This document shows, one piece after another, positions 52,612-64,000 of a stretch of DNA of 64,000 nucleotides. The stretch covers positions 180,358,001 through 180,422,000 of the forward strand of contig NC_042998.1 of assembly GCF_006345805.1 (NCBI RefSeq), given 5' to 3'. Positions within the stretch are counted from its first letter, which is position 1. Each line of letters begins with the position of its first letter. Position numbers and translations under genes: made by a program. The notes beneath the pieces are model-generated. The model did no database searches, was not told where the DNA came from, and was given only the letters and a program-made list of their open reading frames with translations. Source of the DNA: Octopus sinensis (taxonomy: Eukaryota).

Positions 52612-54768
52612 TCAGTTGCTTCCTGTTCAGCCAGAGTGGACGCGAGTCAACCAGCTCCGTACAATTAAAGAAAAAAGACCAAAAACGGAAAGTTGTCGAG
52701 GTGATTTTGTTTATTGTGAGTTGGGCATAATTTATTGCGTGCCAATTATTATTTCATTAAGTTGTGTCCAACTCTGAGACAATTTCGCCTGCTCTCGGCG
52801 GCTGCCGTTTTTGTGTTTATTGAAAAAAAACAGTGGAGGGGCGTATCCGTCTTCGATAAATTGAGTGAATATTTTTTTCACGTAATTGTGAGAATTGTAT
52901 CGTGCTGTAAAGAACTTTTTGTGAAAACTGCTCTATAGGGGAGTATTTTGCCTCCGAAGTTTGAACAAGTTTTACCAATTTTACACCAAGTTTTGTGGAA
53001 GTTGTGCGTTCCTGGTTCAATTTAGGCTGGGAGTACCAAATGGCCAGAAGGTTTTTGCTGTGTTATTGACTTTCTTTTTAACTTTATTTGACTCTCTCCT
53101 TTTTCACTGTGACTTTCTTCGGATTTCCTTTTCCTCTCGTTTCTTAGTTTTATTCTGAATACAATTAAAAAACAAAAAAACAAAAAAAACAAAAAAAGAA
53201 CATGGCAATGAAAAATAACAAACTTTTGGAATGGGAGATCATACCGCCTAAAAAGTGTTTAAAAGACCGTGAAGATAGGACGGTGGTGTTGAGAACCTAC
53301 TCCAAGGCACTCGACACCATCGCCCTATTCGAAAAGACGGCAATTGAAAAGGAGTTGGAAGAGTATTTGCCAACAATTAAATTCATTTCCAGGGGTGTCA
53401 AATATGCAACGGTGTGGTTGCTATTTGACACCCCTGAAGAGGCTTGCAAATTTGCTAGCAAACCCCTGGAGGGTAAGGAAATCTTATTCCTGCCCACGTA
53501 CAAAAAAAAGAAATTGATGAAAGCTTGGATTTGCGGTCTGCCACCCGACATAGAACCCGAGTGGATAGAGGAGACTATCCGCCGGGGTCTGGGTGGCAGC
53601 GAAACTAAGCTCCTTAATGTAAAAGTTCTTCCTGCGGCTGCTTGGGTTGGGTCAAAAGCAATTTTGACCCTTTGGACCCAATCAGCCAATCTGGTTCTTC
53701 CAGATTTTTTGAAAATGGCCGGGTGCAGGTACCCGGTGATGCTTGAGGGTCGCCCCCCTAAGTGTCATCGGTGCTTGGAGTCCGGCCACATAAAGAAGAA
53801 CTGTCCCCGGGAACAAAATAAGATCCCGGAACAGTTAAGTAAAACCCCTCTAGAAGAGGGAATGATAACGGCCGAGACAGTAGAGGACTCCTCAAACAGA
53901 GGCCGAAAGAGGAAGGTGAGCAACAATGGGTGCTCACCAAAGGATAATAGGGATGAGGAGAGGAAGGCGAATCTTCCAGCCACGGAGGAGACGCACCCTC
54001 CCTCAGTTGAAAAGGGGAAAAAAAGAAAAACAGGAAGAAAAACAGGACATTACCGACTGTCAGCGTAGCACCGGAATGTCCCGGAACTACGTCGGTTGGG
54101 GTTGTGCCACACACAAGAGAAGGAATACCGTTGGCGGGAACTGTGCCGCCACGGAAAGAACTGAACGTATTGGTCCTCTTCTATAGAGGAGGAGAAATTG
54201 AAAAAGTGATGGAAGAGCATCACAAGGGAGCACCTTTAGCCTTCACACAGGACCCCGAATGGCCTCCGCAGGTAGCTGTGGAGGCCGTGGCGTTCGACGT
54301 GACGCTTGGGCTAAAGGAGCTCAATGAAGACTATAACTTGGTCCCGGGCGACGCTGACTCGGAACTTGATTACGTTCTGAGAGAGGCGTGGTTGATGGCG
54401 GAGGGCGCGGGCACAAGCGACTTCGAGGACGATATGTAATTATTGAACTGTTATTATTAGTAATGGACTGCTAAGTCCAAAAATTGAAAAATTGTAAGAG
54501 GTTTAAAACCTCGTTTTGTGTTTATTTTTATTAATAATGGACTGCTAAGTCCAAAAATTGGAAAAATTGTAAGAGGTTTAATACCTCGTTTTGTGTTTAT
54601 CCTAAAAAGAACAATGTTTTAGAGAAGCGAAAGTCGGCGGGCGCTTTTTGTCTTCTCCCATCCTTATCATCTTTCTTTCATTATCATTCACTTCATTAAT
54701 GTCCTCGTCCAGCCCGCAAAGCTAACTTAATCTGTGTACTGCCTTTATGGCAAATGTTTTGAAATAAA
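52612..54768 (+). mobile_element. ORF1-only non-LTR-like element, copy 2
   Basis: Same architecture as copy 1. Confidence 0.7.
53202..54439 (+). CDS. ORF1/gag-like protein, copy 2; ~412 aa if the 1-nt deletion in the A-run at ~54020 is corrected
   Basis: Track ORFs 53202-54068 and 54104-54439; carries an extra 27-nt GMITAETVE segment. Confidence 0.8.
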
Positions 54769-54919
54769 GTAGCTTGCTAACCAACCACATGGTTCTGGGT
54801 TCAGTCCCACTGCGTGGCATCTTGGGCAAGTGTCTTCCGTTATAGCCCCGGGCCGACCGATGCCTTGTGAGTGGATTTGGTAGACGGAAACTGAAAGAAG
54901 CCTGTCGTATATATGTATG

Positions 54920-54956
<37 letters not shown>

Positions 54957-55165
54957 TTGTGTATCTGTGTTTGTCCCCCTAGCATTGCTTGACAACCGAT
55001 GCTGGTGTGTTTACGTCCCCGTCACTTAGCGGTTCGGCAAAAGAGACCGATAGAATAAGTACTGGGCTTACAAAGAATAAGTCCCGGGGTCGATTTGCTA
55101 GACTAAAGGTGGTGCTCCAGCATGGCCGCAGTCAAATGACTGAAACAAGTAAAAGAGTAAAAGAG
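54767..55165 (+). mobile_element. type C tRNA-derived SINE with internal microsatellite, missing its first ~20 nt
   Basis: GGTTCAGTCCC B-box-like motif; tail GGTGCTCCAGCATGGCCGCAGTCAAATGACTGAAAC followed by GTAAAAGA repeats. Confidence 0.85.
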
Positions 55166-58100
55166 TGTGTTGGCTGTGCTTTATGCAATTTCTTGAATAA
55201 CTATGATAGTAAACGTTCAAACAGCCAGCTTTGATATGATATTTATGAATTTATCAGGGAGGGGTAAAGGCGTTGGAGAATGTAGAAGAATTCAAGAAGT
55301 GACAGAGGAGTGAATGTATTAGTCGAGTGCAGGGTGTAAAAAATACGAAATGGCTACTTTATTCTGAGATAGGAGAGAAATTTGAAGATAAAAGCTTAGA
55401 AATTCAATGTATAATCTTCCTTGGCTGTTTAAAGTTTCATCACCAAATGCATTTCCCTTCTAAACAAGATAGATTTAGTATAAATTTTACTTATGCATAA
55501 TTCCAACCTGATTTTATTTTTGACTGACGTTTCAAATTTACAAGATCAATTTGATACTTTAAATACTTCAGAATTATGAAGAGGCAACTCTTAAGAATCA
55601 CAATTAAAGTTCTAAGATTTATTCTTTTTTTTTTATATCTTGTAATTCCCTCATGGTGATTTCCATAGAATAAAGTATAAGCTTCCGACTCGTGAGGCTT
55701 CAGTTCGTTTCGATTTCCAGTTAAAGCCGCTTAATTTCCTGTACGCCACAAATTTCCTGCAGTAAGACATAAATGTCCCGCGGCCTCATTCTACTCAACG
55801 ATAATTTGTCTTGCGCTTACGAAGACATAGTGAAGAAAATGCTTATTCTTTATTTTCCTTAAATCTGATCCAAAATCATTTTTCGAGTGAAGAAATTATG
55901 CCAAAATTCTTTTTATGTCATTCTGTGTATTTCCGGTAGGAATACTACTTTTGGTTATTTTCTTTTCTAATACAAAACAAACAACTTAACAGTTACGTTA
56001 GATTTTCAATATGTTGACAATTTCAGCTGTTTTTATACAATTATGTTGCTGACATACTATGTGCAGAATATATCCAGTTAACTGTGTGCTAATATATTTC
56101 TGTGTAATAATATATTTCAATAGAGCACCATATTTCCTGGCTGCCGTGGAAATACAACGACTCACACTCCATCAATATTGCGTAAGAGAAAACTAAAAGG
56201 ATGGGTCATGTCCTACGTTAAAATTAACACACATTAAACGAGAAAGATAGTGAAGCTCACAAAGAAGAGGATAATTAGCCGTGAAATTGCGAGTTCACAC
56301 TTCCCCTCTGCTACAGCATAGCGTTACTGGTGAAATCTACCGCACTGTAGAGTAAGTAATTAGTGAGGACCCAGTGAGCGTATAGAGTGATTGTATTTAC
56401 TTCCCTATCTGAGACTTCATGTAATTATTTAGGGCTTTTGAAAGCAGATGCAGTAATATTTATAGTCAGTGTCATCCGTAAACGTTTTACGATCTAATTC
56501 TATTGGATCAAACGTACTTGTCAGGCACCTATTATAAACACTGAGATATATCAATTCAATTGATTATTTACACGCCAAGTAAATATTTGAACACTTATAT
56601 TTAATTATTAAAGAGCTCATTATTTCTTTATAATGGTGGTGACAAATGAGGACAGGTACTTGCAAGGATCTGTGCCTATCAGTGTAGCAAATGATATGCA
56701 CTTTAAATGATTCGTTGGGTGATCCGCTTTCTATATTTTTCTGAAATTATTTTCTTTCATTTACGATATCAGTATTCTTCATAAAATAATGAAAACTTGT
56801 TTCTCATTCATTCCCTTCGTGATTTAATGGCATTTGTACAGTAAATATTGCTTTTATTTTAATGAAGCTAACAAACTCAGTATTGTAAAATCATCGAAAA
56901 TCAGATATGACATTTATTATATTCCTGGAGCCTTTAGAATTGTACTGTAAATAAACTTGTGGCAATCAACAATCGAAACAAATTCATAGTCTTAAGCAAC
57001 AAGTGTTTACGTCTTGAGTCTGCCAATGGAAATAACCATCCTCCATGACTTCAAACTTCACGCTGCCAGGTTGTTGCTAGCAACGGCTTTCAATTCCAGA
57101 AAGAAGTAACAAGAAAGTAATTGTTTTTAATTCCGCTCTTCGATTTTGGAATCCTACTGATATTTCAAAAAGCAACAAGATATGTAGTTTGATATAATAG
57201 TAAAACGCTGAGATCAAATTCCGCCGAGGTCGACTTTACCTTTCACCATTTCGGGGTTGATGAAATAAGGACCAACTGGGAACGAACTAATAGGCTAGCT
57301 CCCGTAACTAAAAGATTTCAATCCTATAGTTGAAAAATATTAGAGACAATAGCGTTTTACTATTATATCAAACTACATATCTTGTTGCTTTTTGAAACAA
57401 AAATATCATGTTCCTTATTTATATATATGAATTTTATCTGGGATGACTTTATACTCAAAATCCACTCCGAAAGTTGGAATTTGGGTACATGTAGGTTCCA
57501 CTTGCGCAGCTACTCACCTATTCATCTGAATGACAGTAACATTTGTTTCTGATTTAGATACCTGCCAGCACTTTCAGAGTAAGGGTTTAATCGACTTGAT
57601 CGAACTCAGTCCTTGACTGGCCCTCTTTAATTGATCCCGAAAGGCATAGCTGGACTTGGCGGTATTTCAGCAGAAAGTGCAAATAATTAGAGAGAAAAAA
57701 ACAGAATGGTTCTTTTTCCGATAACTCCCTCTACGAGTATCTGTATCCACTACAACTCTCAGACAACCAACAACTCTTCATCTGTATCTCTTCTTTTATC
57801 TCATTTCCCTTCTTTGTGAAATAACCATCCTCCATGACTTCAAACTTCACGCTGCCAGAATTTTGAAAACAATTAAGTACTAAGGTCGATCCGTTAAAAA
57901 AAAGCGTTTTAAGACGTGCCCTAACATGACTGCAGTCCAATTCTGAAGCAAGTAAAAGATTGAAGGGTCAACTTCATCGAGCTGACCTCTTTACCCTATG
58001 TGAAGAACCCGAAAATCAGTAGCTATTGCTACGCTTCCTTATTGTCTAACACTATAAAAAAAAAAACATATTTTGGACAAAGAAAATGAACACTATTTTA

Positions 58101-59220
58101 TTTATCCAGTTATCTCATTAAAATAATTAATGACTTGTACGACTTCTTGATTCAAATGAATATTAATAATTTGTTTATTTATTTATTTAGTTGTTTATTT
58201 TTTGCATGGGAACATTTTTGCAACCATAAGTATCTCTAAAATAACATATGTGGGCCATGCCATGCCATTATGAAGACTGTGTTATTCTTTGCACTAAATG
58301 TTACTTCACAATGCTGTATTGAATTACTACGCAGATATAATGAAAGAATAAAACAACAGTGGGTCTTGAGTTACAAAACTCTAAAATTAGAAACATATAC
58401 ACACGCTTACTTACACACACATGTGTAGATATAAAAACAAACATACGACTTTAAAAGATGTGGTAGGGGATTTCATGTTGTTGAATATTCCCAATATTGT
58501 ATGTTTGTGGCCCCTGTTGTTTTTTTACTGACTTAAAACTCTTCGTTTTCCCAAAGAAAATAATAATAATAAGATAAAGACAAAACATGAAATTTACAAA
58601 ACTCAGCCAAGTAGGACATGGTTACTTTGAAGTAAAAAAAAACACACACAAATCTCTCTCTGTCTGTGTCTCTCTCTGATCACTCTCTCTTTCTTTCTCT
58701 GTCCGCCGTCTCTCCCTTTCTCACACAAACACACACCCACAATATTTATTATCTCGGCATTTAGATAGTGTGCGGTGTCTTTAAGATTAATATGTGTATG
58801 TATCTATATTTTTATGTGTATATACACACACTATATAAGCGTGTATATGTGTATATCAGTTTGTCTATCTGTGACTCAGAATGGGTTTTCATTATTTCTT
58901 TTCTTTTTTTCTTCCCTTAATCATAATTTTTGTTTTCCTTTCTGACACATATGGGAAACTACGCAAAGCAGAAAGCAAGAGGTGACAAATTGACGCTAGA
59001 GTCGTTGCCTACATACAAACTAATAAGAAAATAAGTATCTAAAAAACGCCAAAAATACCAACCTCAAAACCAACGACAGTAGAAATGTATTTGAATTGTT
59101 TTGACTGCCCCTCCAAAGAAGGGCGCTTCTAACTTATGAACGCGTGTGATAAAAGACGCTAGAACACCCTTAGTCATAATGTCAGCCTCTCCCTCTCACT
59201 CTCTCTATTTCTTCCCTCTC

Positions 59221-59257
<37 letters not shown>

Positions 59258-60142
59258 GTGTGTGTGTGTATATGTGTCTGTGTGCGTGCGTGTTGAAAGA
59301 AAAGCCATATGCATTCGAGGAGAAGCCCTTAAATGTCATCCATTCTTTCTTCCCGTGAATATAATCCCCACCCTCGCTTTCTGTCTCCTTGAAATATTTT
59401 TTCATTAATTCATGGCGGTAAAATAAACTGAAGAAAAAAAGAGTGTCTCTGTCTTAATGCATGAGAATATTCAGTGTCGGTTCTCCGCGTTCTGAGTTCA
59501 ATCCTTAAAAAACAATTGTATTTGATATCATTTCAGACGTATGGCTATATTAGATGCAGGCCTAGTTTAGTAGCTCGTATTCACGACAAAAAGTTTTTAG
59601 AGCATTAAAACACATGTAATATAAACCCAACTTCTCAAATAAAAACAGGGGTGAAATTTTGAGACATTATTTGGGAAAAAAATTGCATCATATATGCTAC
59701 AAAATACGGTAATTTTGCCTTACACAAATAATTTAATTAAAGTAACAAATTTACAGTATAATGGCAAAAATATACTTTGGAATTGCATATGTATCCGAAT
59801 TGGCATCATTTTATGATTAAACATAATGTTTTAAATGTTGATACAAATATATTTCATTTAGAAACTTCAAAGCTCTTCAACTCTTCAACACAACGAACAA
59901 CTCAGATCAAACATCATTTCCTCTTAAAAGAAATAAAAACATAAAATGATTGAACTGCTTCATCACCATTATTTATCAAAGTATTTTTTATTCGCAATGT
60001 GAGAAAGTGATGATGCTGGTTCTAGGTTTCCAAGGGCTCATTATCTGGTTTTATGTATATCTGACATTCAGATTGTCGAGGGAGATTGAAATTTGATGCA
60101 CCGCCAAGGTTCCAAACACCCTGTAGATATTGGAGTTTTGTG

Positions 60143-60266
<124 letters not shown>

Positions 60267-60309
60267 TTCTCTTTAATCTCTTTCCAGTCATTAGAGGAAT
60301 GTTAGTGGA

Positions 60310-60580
60310 ATGTAATCGAGCCCAGTACTTATTTTCTATTTAAGCCTGGTACATATTTTATCGGTCTCTTTTTGCCGAACCACTAATTTACGGCGACACA
60401 AACATGCCATAAGCGGGGGGCAAACACAAACACAACCATACATATATATTGATGGGCTTCTTTCAGTTTTCTTTACTAAATCCACTCACAAGGCTCAAGT
60501 CGGCTCAAATCTATAGTAGAATACACTTGCCCAATGTGACATAGCTAGGAAGCAAATTTCTGACCACACAACGTCTGCGG
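60310..60580 (-). mobile_element. type C SINE, decayed, head retained
   Basis: Minus strand CCGCAGACGTTGTGTGGTCAGAAATTTGCTTCC..TTGGGCAAGTGT..GCCTTGTGAGTGGATTT. Confidence 0.7.
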
Positions 60581-60601
60581 TTATATATACTCACACGCAC
60601 A

Positions 60602-60658
<57 letters not shown>

Positions 60659-60739
60659 ATAACCAGATTTGAATAGGAATTATATAGTATTGTCAAGAAC
60701 GTTAAGTTCAGGAAGTACCCTAGAAGGTGTAATGTACAT

Positions 60740-61900
60740 CACCAGAAAATCAGGAAATTACTTATCGACTTGAAGAAAGCTCCAGGGAAACTTGTACCAG
60801 CGGACAAAACTTCTAATTCCGATATTGGCATTATTAGTAAAAATATCATTAACAGAGGAATACCCGTCCTTAAGACTAAAATTAGATTACCCCCCCCCTG
60901 GTCTGATACCCAAGAAGTGGTTGGGTGGCTCAAGCTTCTAGAAATCAATAAGACTAATAAATTCTTGCAACTGGATATAGAGAGCTAATATGCCACTATC
61001 AACCCGATCATTCTTAGTCAAGTCCTGATTTGTTTAGCATGAAATATTCCGATTTGTCCCGACGCGAAATAGATATTGTTCTTGCCGCGCGAGCCACTAG
61101 ATTTTGATGGTACATTATGGAGTAGATTAGATAAGGAAAATGCATTTGATACAGTAATGGGCTCACACGATTCTGCTCAGGCAAGTGACCTAATTGAAAT
61201 ATATATCCTTCCATTAATCCAGTATTCCTTTCCTGACGTAACAGTGGGGTCTATATAGGCATGACGCCTTATTTTTCTAAACAGAATAGTAAAAGTACAG
61301 TTAGAAAGGCATAGGAAAAGTTTCTTTAGGCTTTTCAAATATTTAGCACGAAACATTACTATAGGTAAGGATTACTATAGGTAAGGGGGAATTTTCTTAA
61401 CGCTACCTTCTGTCTTGATACTGGATTATTTGAACCATTTTATAAACCGACTGATCATATTACGTACATTAACATAGCATCCAACCATCCACCCTCAATT
61501 TTACGGGGAATAGTTAAGGATCTTTCTACTCGAATTTCTAGATTATCTGCTACCAGTAAAATTTTCGAATCTCATGCATCTTATTAGAATGATGCTCTGG
61601 CTAAGGCTGGGTACCGTGATAGAATTCAATATATACAAGATGCAGGCTTAAGCAACACTGGTAATTCCTACAACTGTGATACACATCGTATACTACCTCA
61701 ACGTTACCGTTTGAGAAATCATTCGGATAAAGAATACAGTCCAGAAAGAATTGGCCATGTCAATGATCTACCGGAGAAAACTCTTAGACACATGCGACAT
61801 AGTAATTCATCTGCTTGTTCTAATCCTGTACAACACACTAGATCAAATGAACCTATCAACAGATATAGGAATTGAGGATATAATCATTAAAATGGCTATA
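60740..61900 (+). mobile_element. Penelope-like element RT/thumb remnant
   Basis: VPADKTSN, KFLQLDIES, FDTVMGSHDSAQ, NFLNATF..TGLFEPFYKP..YINIASNHPPSIL. Confidence 0.8.
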
Positions 61901-61941
61901 TCAGTGGCTAGCGTATAAAAACCACCTTATCGGTAGAATTA

Positions 61942-62287
61942 ATTTTTAAGTATATAATTATATAAATATAATTATAATTAAGGGCGCTGGAGGGCCAACG
62001 TCAATACGCTAGAAGTAGATGTCAAATGTCTACAAACCACTCTAGGTTAGTTACTTCTACTGAAGAGTGTCAAGTCATTTTTATTACAAACACGAAATCT
62101 TAAGATATAGAGTTATCCGTAATTTTATAAATTTTCTTGTCCCTTCCCCCCGCATTCAGCCTTGTGTTAAAAAGAGAACAAACTTAGAGTTGTTTGTAGA
62201 CATTTGGTATCTACTTCTAGCGTATTGACGTTGGCCCTCCAGTGCCCTTAATTATAATTTATATTTTTATAATTATATACTTAAAAA
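61942..62287. repeat. foldback element with ~103-bp inverted arms
   Basis: 61942-62044 and 62185-62287 are near-perfect reverse complements around a 140-bp spacer. Confidence 0.9.
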
Positions 62288-64000
62288 TATACAAATATGT
62301 GTATATGTATATATGTATATGTATATGCATATACATATACATATATGTATATATGTGTTAGTGTTTATATATGCACATTCATGTATACATGCAATTATCC
62401 ATATATATACACATACACAAATATTTTATACATAATATACATGCTTAGATGCATACATAATATTCATACATAACATACAAGCATACATACGTACACACCT
62501 ATATAAGGTGGGGTTCCGCACACAGAGTCCCTTCATAACTGGAATCTATAGTTGACACTGCAGTGAGATGTACAGTGGGACCAAAAACTTTGCTGGAAGT
62601 TGAACGTCTCAACACCACGGCCATCTTTACCACTTTTGCTTTGGGTGTTTTGCCTCATTTCACGTTACTGTGTACTTTCCACTTGCTGTGCAAACTGTGT
62701 CTATAACTACGAACAGATGGGCAGGGAATCTGCAAAAAATGTAGAATTGCAATTTCAAATGAAGAGAATTTGTCACCGCATGTTCTCTGTACACTGAAGC
62801 CTCATCTGCAAAAACGATGTATTTTAAATCGACAAAACATATCTAACATTTTTCCAAGTCAGAGTTATATGATAGGGATATAATAGATTGGAATGACTCC
62901 CGTATATTACCGGTATTATTTGTTTTCAGTTCCAGAAGGATTAAACATAAGTTCGACTCTAGAAAATAGGACAAGATGTTTAGGCACATTCTCTTGACAG
63001 TTACCTCCAAATAATGTACTAAGTTAATAGATGATATATGATAATTACGTACATTTAACAAAATGATAATATAATACAAATAAAATGGATTTAGTGAATA
63101 TAGATTAATAGCAATCTTCTTATTAAATATAATTCAGGAATTTGAAAGAAGATATATAGTCTACTGAAGTGATCCTATTACATACGTTGGTAATTGCTTT
63201 AATAATACAGACACCAGTAGTGTGATAGGGTTAAGACAAGATAAGCAATATCTAAACTGAAAACAGAATTGAAAAGGATCGTGTACAGTACTCTACTGCT
63301 TGTATCTATTAGGTCTTCATACATATGATATAATTCTATATCATATTATTCATAAAATGTAGAACTAAAATTAGTAATACGACAATATTTACCACTTCAG
63401 GAGTTCTTTGATGCATAAACAGATGTTTGAAATAAAAATATATGTGTATACATGTATACAGTATACAAAAATCACATTTATAGCAGAGCTATGATTAGAG
63501 CGGAAAAATCTGAGAAAATCTCTCTGTATTGTTTCGAATGTATATTAAACGTCTATCAAATGTCAATACAGTAAATAATCTGTTGGTTGAGATGCTTTCT
63601 GTAGAAAGTGAATCTCGTAGATTAGCCTTCTTTAGAGAGAAGAGAATACCAATTACTGATATCAACAGATTTTATTACCTGATGTAGTCTATGTAATGAT
63701 ACGACACACTTTACTACTTCACAAAGCATCATGATGGGTCAATATGTTCTCCGTTGCCTGCTAATAGAATTTTATGTGTATCTGAGAGGATGTTTTCGCA
63801 TTTCTCAGCTTGAAAACATATAAAAGGGGCAAGAGAGATCGCCTATGATATTATCTGTCGTGCTGTATTTAGTAAAGCAAATATAGATGAACATGATAAG
63901 TATATGTAGCTGCATTACCTACTACACATCGCACTTTACCAAGTAAAATTGGAAAATACTAAGGAGAATAGGAATAGTAAACCAATAAACTGAATATATT

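Larger units (their letters stand above)
47305..54930. repeat. tandem duplication of a ~3.8-kb unit (B 47305-51122; B' 51123-~54930)
   Basis: Both units start GCGTATTCTAGAGTGCG after a (TA)n tract; about 99% identical outside microsatellites. Confidence 0.95.

Noticed and set aside
49372-54439. Positive selection on ORF1
   Set aside because: 7 non-synonymous to 0 synonymous changes is compatible with chance, and with polishing or conversion artefacts.
62500-64000. Possible host exons near the window end
   Set aside because: Trial splice models on both strands hit stops and no recognisable protein emerged.

Overview
AT-rich, microsatellite-dense eukaryotic DNA. The SINE, LINE and microsatellite repertoire suggests an octopod cephalopod; this is an inference from recalled repeat families, not a database result. 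I recognise no host gene. The window is mostly decayed mobile elements: RLE-type LINEs (R4/Dong-like, HERO-like), CR1 and RTE LINEs, Penelope-like elements (RT and GIY-YIG remnants with degenerate hammerhead-like termini), mariner (DD34D-type) and maT (DD37D) DNA transposons, a Helitron-like non-autonomous element, and three tRNA-derived SINE types. The region 45.4-54.9 kb has two adjacent (TA)n-bounded tandem duplications (A-A-B-B). Each B unit carries a ~2.1-kb element with a 5' UTR, a single RRM-like + CCHC 'ORF1/gag' reading frame (403/412 aa once a 1-nt A-run frameshift in each copy is corrected), a structured 3' UTR ending in AATAAA, and no ORF2. It appears to be inserted into the head of a tRNA-SINE. 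This ORF1-only ('half-LINE') element is the main candidate for an undescribed system. Secondary candidates are an unexplained 169-aa orphan ORF (41496-42005) with possible upstream exons, and hammerhead-like motifs with a U3:A8 core variant in two repeat families. All alignments were done by eye, so element boundaries are approximate.
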